From Mytilus trossulus (lineage: Eukaryota): a stretch of 64,000 bases of DNA. The DNA lies in NCBI RefSeq assembly GCF_036588685.1, contig NC_086385.1, positions 62,643,216-62,707,215 of the forward strand, given 5' to 3'. Made by a program: the position numbers and the translations under genes. This document shows positions 36,153-49,185 of this stretch, in pieces (the first letter of the stretch is position 1; every line of letters starts with the position of its first letter). The notes under the pieces are model-generated. The model worked only from the letters and a program-made list of their open reading frames with translations. It had not been told where the DNA came from and searched no databases.

Positions 36153-36630
36153 ATACTTTGGAGTTTGAAAAATATTTTAATATTTTGGATGATAGGCAAA
36201 TATCCTTATTTTTTAAATTTCGAACTTTGAACATGAAATTTCCAATAGAAACTGGAAGATGGCAAAAAATAGAAAGAGAAAACAGAAAATGTGTATTATG
36301 TAATTCAGATGCCATTGGTGATGAATACCATTACATTTTTAATTGTTCAGCTTTTGATAACTGTAGAAAACAATGTATTGCATTTTACTATAGAAATAGT
36401 CCAAATACATTGAAGTTTTATGACTTAATGAATTCAAAAAAATGTTCAGAACTGAACGAACTATGTAAACTTATTAAGGAGATCAATAACAAATTGAATT
36501 TTTCTGGGTGAACAATTGTGAATGCCTCTATCTACTTTCGTACATTATTTATTTATGTAATTTTGAAATATGTATAATTATCTCTATACCTTTGTAATTT
36601 GGTTTGTGAGAATAAAGATATATATATATA
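36153..36630 (+). mobile_element. 5'-truncated 3' end of a second LINE (CR1/L2-group-like) nested in the Tx1 spacer
   Basis: ORF remnant KFRT..FPIETGRW..RENRKCVLC..IGDEYHYIFNC, then AATAAA and a (TA)n tail. Possible TSD taaag. Confidence 0.75.
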
Positions 36631-36687
36631 TAAAGTACAATATGTAAATCCATTACAATGCAATTGTTAAATAATTAAAACACTACA

Positions 36688-37383
36688 ATGCTCAAATATA
36701 AATATATGTTCATAGAATTTATTATTTTTATTTTATTAATTAAAAAAAAACAAAAAAATGATTGTGATGCAATGCAAGATTGCATACTTTCAAAAGATTA
36801 TGACTATTTGAATGTCAAATATATGTTTATCATAAAAAACGTTTATGTTTCAAACAATCACCTGTTAGTATGGTACGCTATAAATAGAACATTAGAATTT
36901 GAATGTATCTTTGGTAAAAACCACATCATTGATATTGAAATTGCAAGAAATACACATATCTATATCCAACTTTTTTTTCTCCATGTGAAAAAAAATCCAT
37001 CAGTCATTTATGCCACGTTTATAATCCAGAGTGGTAATATTCTTCACACTTGTTTTCAATGTATAGAAAAGGAAAATCCAAATCTATTTTTAGAACATGA
37101 CACTAAATGTATAGCCATCCACGTTTTTTTAACATTCACAGGTAAATCCAATAATGATACATTTCTATTCTGGCTAATATTTGGAATATGGTATATCACA
37201 AAACCATCACTGAAATTGTTTAACTTTTCTTTTAATAACATCTGGTGTTCAGACATACCACTTCAATTTGCTAATCAGAATCTGGGTCAGTGTCTGAGTA
37301 ATGTCAAGGCCATATGCGGTCTGAAAATAGACAATGAAATAAAAGTAAACAATGTAGTTATCATACTAGAAATGTTAAAATGA
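36688..37383 (+). CDS. Unknown 231-aa hydrophobic ORF between LINE ORF1 and ORF2
   Basis: Long ATG-initiated ORF in very AT-rich DNA, with hydrophobic segments near aa 7-18 and ~158-170. No recognisable family. Confidence 0.45.
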   Translation: MLKYKYMFIEFIIFILLIKKKQKNDCDAMQDCILSKDYDYLNVKYMFIIKNVYVSNNHLLVWYAINRTLEFECIFGKNHIIDIEIARNTHIYIQLFFLHVKKNPSVIYATFIIQSGNILHTCFQCIEKENPNLFLEHDTKCIAIHVFLTFTGKSNNDTFLFWLIFGIWYITKPSLKLFNFSFNNIWCSDIPLQFANQNLGQCLSNVKAICGLKIDNEIKVNNVVIILEMLK

Positions 37384-37538
37384 TTATTTGCAATATTATT
37401 GTAAGCACTATTGGCAATGTTATGTACAATGTGTATATTAATATTAATACTAGCTGTATATACCATGTTGTAAACAAATTATGGTTATATTATATATAAG
37501 AAACTTTACTTTTTTTAACTAGAAATCTATGGTAAACA

Positions 37539-40500
37539 ATGAGTGAAAAAATACATATATGTTCATTAAACTGCCAAGGTCTTGGTTCAAAAGATAAAAG
37601 ACAAAGGCTTCATATGTGGATGAAGTATCAGAATTGTAATATTTTATTTGTACAAGAGAGTCATTTTACCTCTACTTTAGAGGAAAAATTTAAAAATGAA
37701 TTCAAAGGTGATACATACCACAGTTATGGAAATTCTCAATCAAGAGGGGTATCTATTTTTATAAGTGATCACACTGATTATCAATTAATTGATAAATTTC
37801 AAGATGAGGAGGGGCGCATAATTTTGATTAACATAGAAATTTCAGAAAGTATATATACTCTAGTTAATATTTATGCACCAAATCTACCTAAAAATAGGAA
37901 TGTTTTCTTCAAAAAAGTAAATGACATGATACAGAAAAACAGTTTAGGTATGGTCATAGTAGGGGGAGATATGAATGATACATTATCTAATATTGACAAC
38001 AAAAAAAACAACAGAAATAATAAAAGAAAACAAAAACCAGTCAACAGTTTAAAGGGGTTAATCAAAACACACAAACTGATAGATATTTGGAGAGACATAC
38101 ATAGAAATAATATACAATTTACATGGAGACGGAAAAATAAGATAAACGAAGCTTCACGCATAGACTACTTTCTTGTTTGTCCAGAAATAAGGTCACATAT
38201 TTATTCAACAGATATAAGACCTGCACTTATTTCACATACAGATCACCAAGCTATATCTTTAAAGGTAAAAGGGAGATCACAATCAAAAGGGAAAGGTTAT
38301 TTTAAAATTAATAACAGTATCTTAGATAATACAGAGTATAAAAATATAATAAAAGGTCTTATCATGAAATATAAAAATAAAACAAAACTTACTGATAAAA
38401 TAGGCCATCAATGGGATCTGTTCAAAATTGAAGTTCGAGAATATACTGTTGCATACTGTAAAAGAAATGCAAATAAAAATAAAAGTGAAATACATATATT
38501 GGAAAATAAGATAAAAAAATTAAATGAAAATATAAACAGAAACTGTAAAGATGATGTTATTAAACATTATCAAGAAGAATTAACTTATAATGAATGTAAA
38601 CTAAGAAAAATTTATGAAATAAAAAGTAAAGGAGCTCAAATAAGGTCAAGGATTAAATGGGTAGAAGAAGGAGAGAAAAATACTAAATTTTTTTTGGGAC
38701 TAGAAAAAGCTAGACAGACCAGAAAGACTATAACTGCTTTAAAAGATGAAAAAGGAGATATACATACAGAGTCTTCTAAAATTTTACAAATAGAAAAAGA
38801 ATTCTATCAAAATATTTATAATAGCACATGTCCAAATGTAAAATCCATAGATAAATATATTAATGATATAAATATTGATCATAAATTAAATAAACAAGAG
38901 AGTGAGATAATGGAAGGTACGTTAACCATTGAAGAATGTACTAGTTCGTTATTCAAGATGAAACTTAATAAATCACCTGGAATTGATGGACTTAGTGTTG
39001 AGTTCTATAGGACTTTTTGGAATGATTTAAAAGAATTTGCTGTATCTACATTTAATTATTCATATAAAAAAGGGGAGTTAACAAGTTCTCAAAAACTAGG
39101 AGTTATTTCTCTAATACATAAAAAGAATGATCCACTTTGCTTAAATAATTATAGACCCATAACTTTATTAAATATTGATACAAAATTAATTGCATATTCA
39201 TTGGCTCAACGCATTAAAAATATACTTCCAAATATTATACATAAGGATCAAAATGGTTATGTTAAAAATAGATATATAGGTTATAATATTAGACAAATCC
39301 AAGATATAATTGATTATGCAGAAAGATTTAACATAGAGGGGGCACTACTTTTTTTAGATTTCTCTAAAGCATTTGACTCTCTAGAATGGGATTTTATGTT
39401 TTCAGCTTTAAAAAAATTTGGATTCCAAAACTCTATGCTTAAATGGATTAAAACTTTATATACAGATATAAAAAGCTCAGTAATAAATAATGGATGGATA
39501 TCTGAACCCATAAACATTCAACGCGGTATACGACAAGGGTGTCCGTGCAGTGCATTAATTTTTGTTATTGCAGTAGAGATATTAGCCTGTAACATAAGGC
39601 AAGACCATAACATTAAAGGCTTTGAAATTAAGATAGATGGGAAAACACATTCATTAAAAGTCAGCCAACTTGCAGACGATACAACACTTTTTCTAAAATC
39701 ACAAAAAGACATTTCAAAAGTTTTAAATATGATTGAAATCTTTGGCACATTATCAGGACTTAAATTAAACAGATCAAAAACAGAAGGCATATGGTTAGGA
39801 AAACACAAACATTGTAAAGAAAAATATGAAAACATTAACTTTACAAACAAACCAGTAAAATGTTTAGGAGTTTTTTTTGGTTGTAATAAAAATGATTGTC
39901 AAAAGCTCAATGCTGAAAAACAATTAGAAAAATCTGAGAAGATAATTAAAAACTGGGAGAAAAGAAATCTAACCTTATTGGGAAAAATAACAGTTATTAA
40001 ATCACTGATTCTACCCAATATTACTTTTTTAGCATCTGTTTCTCACATAGAAAAAGAATATATTGATAAATTTAAAAAAATTGTATTTCAATTCTTATGG
40101 AAAAGCAAAACAGAAAAAGTTAAACGTAATGTATTAAGCTATGAATTGCTAGATGGTGGTTTAAAAATGATTGACATAGATAAATACATAGAATCTCTAA
40201 AAATTGGGTGGATTAAAAGATTAATATATGGAGATTTTGCCAACTGGAAAGTAATACCATTATTTTATTTTAATAAATTTGGCAAGAATTTCCTTATTTT
40301 TCATATGAACATTGATGGTATTAACTCAATTCCTGGTTTAAATAAGCTGCCAGAATTTTATTTGAATATATTAAAAGCATGGGTAAAAAACAAAAAAATA
40401 GAGCAACCAGAAAACTTTAAAACTATTCGACAACAAGTAATCTGGGGAAATCAATTCATCAAGATTAAAAAAAAAAGCCTTATATTTCAAAACTGGATAA

Positions 40501-41354
40501 ATAGCAAAATCATATATGTAAATGACATTATAGATGAAAATGGTAACATATCAGAGAAATATATTTTACAAAAACTCAATATAAAATGTAATTGGTTGTC
40601 AGAATTTTCTCAATTGAAGAAAGCTTTACCAAAAGAATGGATAAACATTTTAAGACAAGAAAATTCAAAGAAAACTCAAGTAAAAACAGATTATGTTTTA
40701 TTTATTAAGAGAAATTGTAATTATACAGAAACATTAGACAAGTTAGAAACAAAAAAAATTTATAACACATTCATTCAGAATGAGATTCAAATTCCTGTTG
40801 GTTTTAACCGATGGAAAACAGTGTTAAATATTGAGTATATTAAGAGTTCAGTCTGTAATATATTGAAATTTGTTCACCATTATTTGAAAGAAAATAAGTA
40901 TAAAGTGTTTCGTTGGAAATTGTTACACTTTATTCTACCTTGTAAAACTTTATTAAAACAGTGGAATATCTGCAATACTTCAAATTGTAATTTTTGCAAT
41001 ACCACTGAAGATTATGATCACATGTTTCTGAAATGTCATTTTCTTGATGACTTCTTTAGTAAAATTAAAAATCTTTTTGGAAAACTGAATATTGATAATA
41101 ATATTCTAACATTGAAAAATCTAGTATTTGGTTATAAAATTAATGATGAACAATATTATGAAATAAATTATTTGATTACATTAATAATGTTTTGTATATA
41201 TAAAGCTTACTACATGTCTGAACAGAAAACAGAAGCTATAAATGTTTATGCTGTATTTAAAGCAGAATTTATGTATAGTTACAAATTACAGGCAAAATGT
41301 AAGACTACACATTGTAATTGTTTCCTAGAAAAAGCTTTCAAATTGTTGAAATAA
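37539..41354 (+). CDS. LINE ORF2: APE endonuclease, reverse transcriptase, C-terminal Cys motif (intact, 1271 aa)
   Basis: SLNCQGL, VQESH, NIYAPN, GGDMN, SRIDYFL, TDH; KSPGIDG, YRPITLL, LDFSKAFD, GIRQGCP, LADD; CNFC..EDYDHMFLKC. Confidence 0.97.
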   Translation: MSEKIHICSLNCQGLGSKDKRQRLHMWMKYQNCNILFVQESHFTSTLEEKFKNEFKGDTYHSYGNSQSRGVSIFISDHTDYQLIDKFQDEEGRIILINIEISESIYTLVNIYAPNLPKNRNVFFKKVNDMIQKNSLGMVIVGGDMNDTLSNIDNKKNNRNNKRKQKPVNSLKGLIKTHKLIDIWRDIHRNNIQFTWRRKNKINEASRIDYFLVCPEIRSHIYSTDIRPALISHTDHQAISLKVKGRSQSKGKGYFKINNSILDNTEYKNIIKGLIMKYKNKTKLTDKIGHQWDLFKIEVREYTVAYCKRNANKNKSEIHILENKIKKLNENINRNCKDDVIKHYQEELTYNECKLRKIYEIKSKGAQIRSRIKWVEEGEKNTKFFLGLEKARQTRKTITALKDEKGDIHTESSKILQIEKEFYQNIYNSTCPNVKSIDKYINDINIDHKLNKQESEIMEGTLTIEECTSSLFKMKLNKSPGIDGLSVEFYRTFWNDLKEFAVSTFNYSYKKGELTSSQKLGVISLIHKKNDPLCLNNYRPITLLNIDTKLIAYSLAQRIKNILPNIIHKDQNGYVKNRYIGYNIRQIQDIIDYAERFNIEGALLFLDFSKAFDSLEWDFMFSALKKFGFQNSMLKWIKTLYTDIKSSVINNGWISEPINIQRGIRQGCPCSALIFVIAVEILACNIRQDHNIKGFEIKIDGKTHSLKVSQLADDTTLFLKSQKDISKVLNMIEIFGTLSGLKLNRSKTEGIWLGKHKHCKEKYENINFTNKPVKCLGVFFGCNKNDCQKLNAEKQLEKSEKIIKNWEKRNLTLLGKITVIKSLILPNITFLASVSHIEKEYIDKFKKIVFQFLWKSKTEKVKRNVLSYELLDGGLKMIDIDKYIESLKIGWIKRLIYGDFANWKVIPLFYFNKFGKNFLIFHMNIDGINSIPGLNKLPEFYLNILKAWVKNKKIEQPENFKTIRQQVIWGNQFIKIKKKSLIFQNWINSKIIYVNDIIDENGNISEKYILQKLNIKCNWLSEFSQLKKALPKEWINILRQENSKKTQVKTDYVLFIKRNCNYTETLDKLETKKIYNTFIQNEIQIPVGFNRWKTVLNIEYIKSSVCNILKFVHHYLKENKYKVFRWKLLHFILPCKTLLKQWNICNTSNCNFCNTTEDYDHMFLKCHFLDDFFSKIKNLFGKLNIDNNILTLKNLVFGYKINDEQYYEINYLITLIMFCIYKAYYMSEQKTEAINVYAVFKAEFMYSYKLQAKCKTTHCNCFLEKAFKLLK

Positions 41355-42821
41355 TTTTTTGTTTGTTTGAGAAATATATGATCTAGCAAAAATAAATGAA
41401 AGAACTTAATTAAAGATATAAATTTTTAAAATTACGCATCAGGAACTGATGAAGTAATATAAATTTTACTGTTCACCGCCACATGTTAAGATTAATATCG
41501 AGGCTATTTATATCAATTTACCGTTACAAAAAGAAGATTTGAAAAAGAAACCAGTCTTACTCTTGATCTTCTTTACACTATTGATAAATTTTGATTTAGA
41601 CATACCTGTTATAATGCTATATCACATCTGTTTGTTCTATTTTTAAAGCCGCATAAACCGGTGTGACAATTTTGTTTCAAACCAGGAAGTTATTCGATAG
41701 AAAAACAATGCACACGTTAACGGAGAAAATATGGAAAGTTTCCGGAAACTATACTCAAAAATCATTTATATTGCTAGATGATATCCAAATAGTATTTTTT
41801 CCTATTTATATGTATAGGTAAACAAATAAATCTCGCTGATATTTACTTGTTTATTATTTCATTGCTGATTATTTTATAACTTAGCTGTTAGATTATAATA
41901 CTAATGTTGATTTAATATATTGATGCTTACCAGAAAACAACCCTGGATTTCTGGTATTAACAAACAGGGACTCTTCACTGGTATGCTGGACTGGTGAGGT
42001 ACATTGTTAACAGCAGAAAGTGCAATTTGTTGTTGAATAAAAATTAAAAAAAAAATTTTCCCTACCGCCTTTAAATTTGCCGTCTGACCTGTGTTGATTG
42101 CCTCCTTCTTTTTTTTATATTAAGTCTTTTCATAAGCTTGGTCAATATTTCACAAAAGTTATCATTTTTTTTTGAAAAATTTCTAAGCAGATAAAATTTG
42201 TTTTGCTTAAATTTGAACAACATTGTTTCATTACGATTGTCTCTTCCTTGATATACTTTTGATATCTTACAAAATGTAGAAGTATCTAAATAAAGTGTCG
42301 CAGCCCCTTACTGTGCTTTGATGACTGTACTTTACACAAACAATGGCGTTAAATTGAAAGACGGACAACTGTAATGAACTTTAAAGTGAGATAAAACATT
42401 TAACACCAAGATCAAAGAAGCTAGGTTGGACTTTTGATTTTGCCTTTTGATTTTTGATTTTCCTTTTTGAATTTACCTCGGAGTTCAGTATTTTTGTGTT
42501 TTTACTTTTTTTTTTTTGACAGATCCTATAGTGAAGAAGAGAGCATCAAATACAGAGCTCCTCCTTTAATCTTTGTGCAAAACAGAACACATTATGTATA
42601 AAAAGTTATTGTTAATAATGCATACGTGAAATGTGAATTTAACCACGTTCCCTTGAATTTTAGCGATATATATATATATATATATATATGAAATTTGTTT
42701 TTTTCTTTTTTCACTAAAATTCAAGCGACTGTGATTAACTTGACTTTTTCTGTTCGTTTGTATTTTCTCCGTCGAAATTTTTAGACGCTTATTTATAACC
42801 CCTTATTTACCTTTTTTTAAG

Positions 42822-44055
42822 GATAGAAAACTTCAAGAAACAGGGGACCAGGATATTTAAAGTTGGTATCACAGATGACTCCAGTATACATTTATTGAAT
42901 AGGTTATACTGTGTAGTATTCCTCATCATTCTAGCCATGCTGGTCAGTAGTAAACAATACGTCGGAAATCCTATACAATGTTGGTGTCCAGCCATGTTTA
43001 CGGGTGCGCATGTCAAATACACCAATAACTATTGCTGGGTGTCAAACACGTATTACGTAGACTTTGAGAGTAGTCTTCCGCTTGAAAAAGAAATCCGAGT
43101 TAATAAAGAGATTGAGTACTATCAGTGGGTACCCTTAATCCTAGTCTTCCAAGCGCTTTTATTCTATCTGCCAAGAATGTTTTGGAAGAGATTTGGAGGT
43201 TATACGTTATTGAATATTAAGAAGATGTTAAATATGGCCGCCAGTGCTGGATATCTGACAGGAGAAGAAAGAGACAAAGCATTGGACGACATTGTGGCCT
43301 ATCTTCACAAGTATATAAAGATCAGAAATACCATTTCATCGCCACATCATAAAATGGAAATTGCAAAAGAAAAAATGTCGCGACTTGGACTTCACTATGG
43401 TAACTACCTGGTATTTTTGTTTATGGTGACGTCATTCTTATACATAATGACGGCCGCAGTCCAGATTATAGTGGTGGATATATTTCTTGGAAACGATTTT
43501 AAAAATCTTGGATTTGAATTTTTATCGATGATTTTCAAGGGACAGAAATTTGAAGACTACGGCCGTTTTCCACGTGTTACTTTCTGTGATTTAGATGTTC
43601 GACAGATGACCAATGTCCAGACGTGGACAGTACAATGCTCCCTACCAATCAATCTCTTTAACGAGAAACTTTTCTTTTGTAACTGGTTGATGTTAGTCTC
43701 CATGGTCATTATAAATTCAGTAAATTTTTTGTACAATCTAATTTCCATATTTTTACCTTACCGGACTGATAATTACGTCACTAAGTTCATGGAAATGGAA
43801 GGCGTCCGCGCTGGTCGAATTAATGAGAAACAATCACCACGCTATGGAGAAGTTAAGAAAGAGTTTGTGCGGGAATATCTTCGCCATGATGGTGTGTTTC
43901 TTATTTGGTTTCTTAGCAACAAGACAAATCAAGTTATAGCATCAGAAATTGTCAGCAAACTTTGGCAGCGTTATACAAAGGAAGGACTTGTTGAGGCCAA
44001 GCTTCACGCCGATGATGACGAATATCTGAGTCCTACTGCTGCTTCAAATGCATGA
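42822..44055 (+). CDS. Innexin (gap junction protein), main coding exon
   Basis: QYVGNPIQCW, NNYCW, YYQWVP, FPRVTFCD and QCSLPINLFNEKLF motifs, four hydrophobic segments, acceptor cctttttttaag ending at 42821. Confidence 0.95.
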
Positions 44056-44084
44056 AATCCATAGAACTATTGTAGAGGGTGCTG

Positions 44085-44293
44085 CTTCCAATCCATAGAC
44101 ACCAACCATTCAACTTTTGTAGGGGGCGCTACTTCCATAGCCTCAAATCCATAGACACCGACCATTTAACTTTTGTAGGGGGCACTGTTTCCAAAGCTTC
44201 AAATCCATAGACAACAACCATTTAACTTTTGTAGGGGGCACTGTCTCCAAAGCCTCAAATCCATAGCACCCACCCTTTTACTTTTGTAAGGGG
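44085..44293. repeat. ~56-bp tandem repeat (~4 copies) in the innexin 3' UTR
   Basis: aaatccatagacacc..catttaacttttgtagggggc repeated. Confidence 0.8.
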
Positions 44294-47200
44294 TTGGTGT
44301 TGTTCAACGAGTTTAATGACTTTAAATTTCCTTTTTTGAAAATGTTTAAAAGTTAGAATTATACAAAAATAGTTAGTATCCTTTGATAATTTGGTAAAAC
44401 AAAATTTACCGACATTGAGTTGAACAAAACCAGCAGAATTTGTTCCTGTGTGTTTATTAAATAATTTAACCTTGGGTTTAACACGTCATCATCAACGTTT
44501 TTTTTCAGGATTTACTTTAAAAAAAAAATGGAATTTAGAATTAAATTGTAGTATTTTAGAATAGAATTTAGCTGGCGTTATCTAGGTTTTGAATAAATTC
44601 GAGAAAACAAATTTTGCCTCGAGAAAAACCTATGCCACCTACACAAGATAAATGGTTGGTATCTTTGTAAGGTAGTCTTGGTGATATGTAGGAGTGTCAA
44701 TACTTGTATCAAGTTAAGTTTTATTTAAACTTTTATGCATTGCACATTGTTTGTGCAGTATTATTTCATATGCTTTGTAGTTAAGTTCTATGCATATACC
44801 ATGTCAACGTATTTTGTATATATAGATACTAGTAGTTAGAACATGTGTAATTTAATTAAATATTTTATTAAGAAAAAGAAGAAGACGGCAGGTCGTCAAT
44901 GAACGATAGATTTATTTTACGAAACTCTTTTATTTTTATTAGCTAAACCACTACAGATATAAAATGTGGAGGTGTTTGAATTTAAGTTCTGTACAGCTTC
45001 ATTCTTACTGTGTATTAGATCTAAAGATATTTGTGGGTTCTACTTGATCACTTAGTTCTGTATAGAGCTTGTTATAATTGTTTGGTTTTGACGAAAAAAA
45101 GGCGGAATATTTTTTTTTTAGGCATTTTGTTTTTATGAAATTTCAGATGGTTTATGGATAAGTTGTTATTTCTTTTAACATAGTCTATTTTCAAATTCAA
45201 ATATTTTCATTTCATCAGGATCGAGAAACCATGTTTTCTGTGTTCGCTCTTTAGACCAAATAAATTCATAGCACACCAAACTTATTTTTTTTTAACTTAA
45301 TTTTACGATCGTCGTGAGGTTCTGAGGTGGATTAAGGGGAAAGGTGGCATGAATTACCCCTTATTAGGGAGCTACATATTTACCTTTTCTTCTCCTAACG
45401 TGGTCTAGTTTGGGGGCCCCTGGTTTCGAAATCCCGTATATGCTTCTGATGCTGTTTTGCTTTTACTGCATATTTAACATGTATCAAGTATTGTTTTATT
45501 GCTTTAATTTATATCATTTTCACAAGTGATCATTTTATTATTGTTTTAAAACATTCCCGTAACTATAATGTATAAAAAACATTTATTTACTCGGCATCAA
45601 TTGTGAATTGATGCCATGAGAATTATAGTGACGTTGTCCAATTAAAATGAACGTTATAAACAATGTTGCATTATAATGTATACTAAGTAGACATTTTACT
45701 TATTGTGTCTATGGTGCTTTTAAAAGACACAGTTGCTTACCAGTATATATTGTTAGAAGGTTTTTTTATTGGTTGACACACACTTATATAGGTCAAGAGG
45801 CAGATTTAGGGGGTGACAGGGGACTCACTCGGGCTACTCTTTTGAGGGAAAAATAGGGAATCACTGAATCATGACTGGAGCCCCTCTTTTAACATTTTTT
45901 GGATCCGCCACTGAGGTCGGGAAAGATCCATATAGATTTTGGTTGCCTTGTTATGGGAATACAGACATTTTGGAAATTATAAGGCTAAAACTTTCATTGG
46001 CATTTTATATTTGATCTGGTCTAATTATTTTTTTACACCGTCCAAATCATCCCGTGCAGATAATTGCTTTACCGAAAGGTCTAAATGAACATTTTTTTAC
46101 TGTTTGTATGTACATGTATTGTTATACATCAAAATATATCTTATAATTGTTAGTTAGCAAATTGTTTTATATAGATTGGCCTTGATGACATATTTTTCTT
46201 TAAAAAAATTAAAAGGTGCTAATAATATTTTGCTTTGTTTTTTAAGACCAGCCTCATTTTGTTTTCACTTTTTTGAAAGAGAAAGTCATGTTATGCATTG
46301 TCATTTGAATAACAATTGAAATCCTTTATTTCGTGTGATCATATTTTCGACAAAGGGGGGTCCATTTTCATATCTGTCATTTTTCCCTTTTAAAAAATTC
46401 TCTATCTTTTATAGTTTTTTGTCAGCACCCTGTTATTTTCTATTCTTTTTATTTTAGCACCCCATTGTTCTATTTCATTTTTTAGCACCACATTTTTCTT
46501 TCTTCCTTTTTTTGGTCTGTTTTTCTTTATAGTTTAATTTTTGAAATATTTGTCTCCATTATTTATCTGTTTGGTCTATTTTTTTGTAATACTTAGTCCA
46601 TTATTGTCTACCAAGATCATTATAACATAAAATGTTATCTTTCACCAGTAGGATTTGTGAGACGCTAATGTAACTAAAGTATTCAATCTACATATAAAAA
46701 AAGAAGATGTGGTACGATTGCCCATGAGATAACTGTCCACAAGAGACCAACATGACACAGACATTAACAACTATAGGTTACCGTACGGCTTTAACAATGA
46801 GCAAAGTCTATACCGTAAATATATATAGTACCGCATAGTCAGCTATAAAAAGGCCGCGATATGACAATGTTAAACAATTCAAACGAGAAAACTAACGGCC
46901 TTATTTATATATAAAAAAAAAATGAACGAAAACCAAATATTTACATGTCTATTTGTTAGTCCTTCTCTATACATTTTTGTGGTCAGTATATATACAGCCA
47001 ATCACTTAGGAAATAACAACATACACTTTGGTTAATTTCACCAACCATTATTAAAGGTAATCCTAAAGCAAAAACAAAAACATATTCCGGATATTTCACT
47101 AGTGCAGTTCTCAATGTTAGCGCTCACGCTGTTCAGTTTTACAATAAAAGGAGATTTTGTATGATTGCATAAATATTGTTTAAGACAATAATATAAGAGT

Positions 47201-48916
47201 CCAAATGACCAAAATGACATGGCTTTGAGTTACTATAGATCACAGTACTTCCTTCATTAATTAGCAAAATCCCGATGATTCTGCCTTTTACAGTCATAAA
47301 AGGACCCAAAAGCTACATTTTTTGGTATTTTGGTTATAACATGACATGCTGAATTTTTCTATTTTTTCTGAGAAGACTGTAGTGTTTTTAAACTATATGC
47401 AACAGACCTGTTTCGTCTGTTCATTTTTTGTAGTGCAAAGCGCTTCAAACATGTCATCATTTTGTTTAGTGCGAGAATTCCGTAACTTATTTAATCCTAG
47501 TGTTTAGTCAGCAGGGCATTCATTACGTATATATATATTATACTTATTATTGAATATAATTTTAATGCAGGGCATTCATATATTTAGATTTCTACCAGTA
47601 ACTGATGAATAGAATGTTACATAGTGAATCTAAAAACCTTTGGAGAAATAAATATTTTTACTGTTTCTGACTTCTTGTTTTATTTATTTATTTATAATGA
47701 GACCCGAGAGATACGAAGGTGTACATGTATATTTAAGCGTAGTAAGGTTCCTAATGTTTTCAAGTTTGATTTATTAACAGTATAAGGATTTGTTTTATTT
47801 CTTTTTGAAATTATCTGTTTAGATGAAACCAAAGTGACACGAAGATCTGGTTACAGTTTTACATTTCACGATTCGGGTCCCCATTGTTTCTGAGAACGAC
47901 TTTAGCAGGAATGAATATTTTAGATGTTTCTGACTTACTTATTTTCTTATTTCAAATAGACATTTATGAGACCTTATGAAGCGAATATCTGGTTGCAGTG
48001 TTGTTAGTTTCGCGAAGGGACTTCCAGGGGCGGATCCAGCAGCAAAAAAAGGAGGAGGGGATTTCAACCATATATCCCCATTTAAATGCATTGTCTGTTA
48101 ATAAAAAGGGGGTTTTAAAGCCCCGAAACAGCTCTATCGCAGATACTGACAACTATATAAGTTAAATGGTATCCTTGAATATGGTGTACATGTCCGTATG
48201 TCAGCTCTCTTCTGACCTTGACCTCATTGTCGTGGTTCCTTGGACACATTTAAAGATTATGTGAGTTGGTCTATTTCTCCGATATTATAAGCAATAGGTC
48301 AGCTATATTTGGTGTATGCAATGAATATAAGGTGTACATATAAACTAGAGGATGCAGTATGTTTACCAATGAGAAAACTCTGCATCCAAGTTAGAGTGAA
48401 TAAAAAGTTAACAATTATTAGTCCAAATGTGGCCTTCAACACGGAGCGTTGGTTCTCACCGAACAACAAGCTTTAAAGCGACCCAAAATGACTAGTATTA
48501 ACCAACACAAAAAAAACACGGTCCAATCCATATATACACATGTAAGAACGAGAAACATTAAATATTGTTGAACTACACTAACAAACGAAAATGACTGTAC
48601 AACATACTCCTGACTTATGACAGGTATTTAGATTTGCAGCGGATTTAAACGTTTTAACAAGCGCCAGCCTTCACCCCAACTTAAGACAGAAGTGAACATT
48701 ATAACACAAGGAAAACCTCTAAAATACAATTTGGAATGGCTGACTCGATCAAAAAGACATTTAAACAAAAATAAGTGAACATACACTGAACCCATAAGTT
48801 TGGTCTATGATAAAAAAAAATGTTGGAACAAATGTATTGACAACTCCAACCTGAGACATAGGTCGTTAAAAACCCAACATGCATACATATATTGACCTTT
48901 CACTCATTCTCATGGT

Positions 48917-49185
48917 CAAAAATAGTATTATAATTTATACTATTGATCTATGTTTTTGTTTTTCTTTCAATGCTACATGTTTGTAGTGTAACTGTTTATT
49001 GACTATCGTTTTGTAATTTTAATATGCCTGTTTGTTTGTTTTTTTGTTGTGTATTTTAGTAACAATCCTATTGTTTGGATTTCAAACTAATAAAATTCTT
49101 ATTCTTATTCTTATTCTTATTCTTATTCTTATTCTATTCTTATTCTTATTCTTATTCTTATTCTTATTCTTATTCTTATTCTTAT
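48917..49185 (+). mobile_element. Short LINE 3'-end insertion with (ATTCTT)n tail
   Basis: AATAAA then (ATTCTT)n, 7-bp TSD TCATGGT, absent from duplication copy B. Confidence 0.8.

Larger units (their letters stand above)
34647..42053 (+). mobile_element. Full-length L1/Tx1-clade non-LTR retrotransposon
   Basis: 14-bp TSD AATTTTCCCTACCG (34633-34646 and 42054-42067), ORF1 and ORF2, AATAAA at 42036 and an A-tail. Confidence 0.93.

Noticed and set aside
41436-41475. CTGATGA followed by a hairpin in the LINE 3' UTR as a possible hammerhead
   Set aside because: No GAAA after the stem and no stem III or cleavage triplet.
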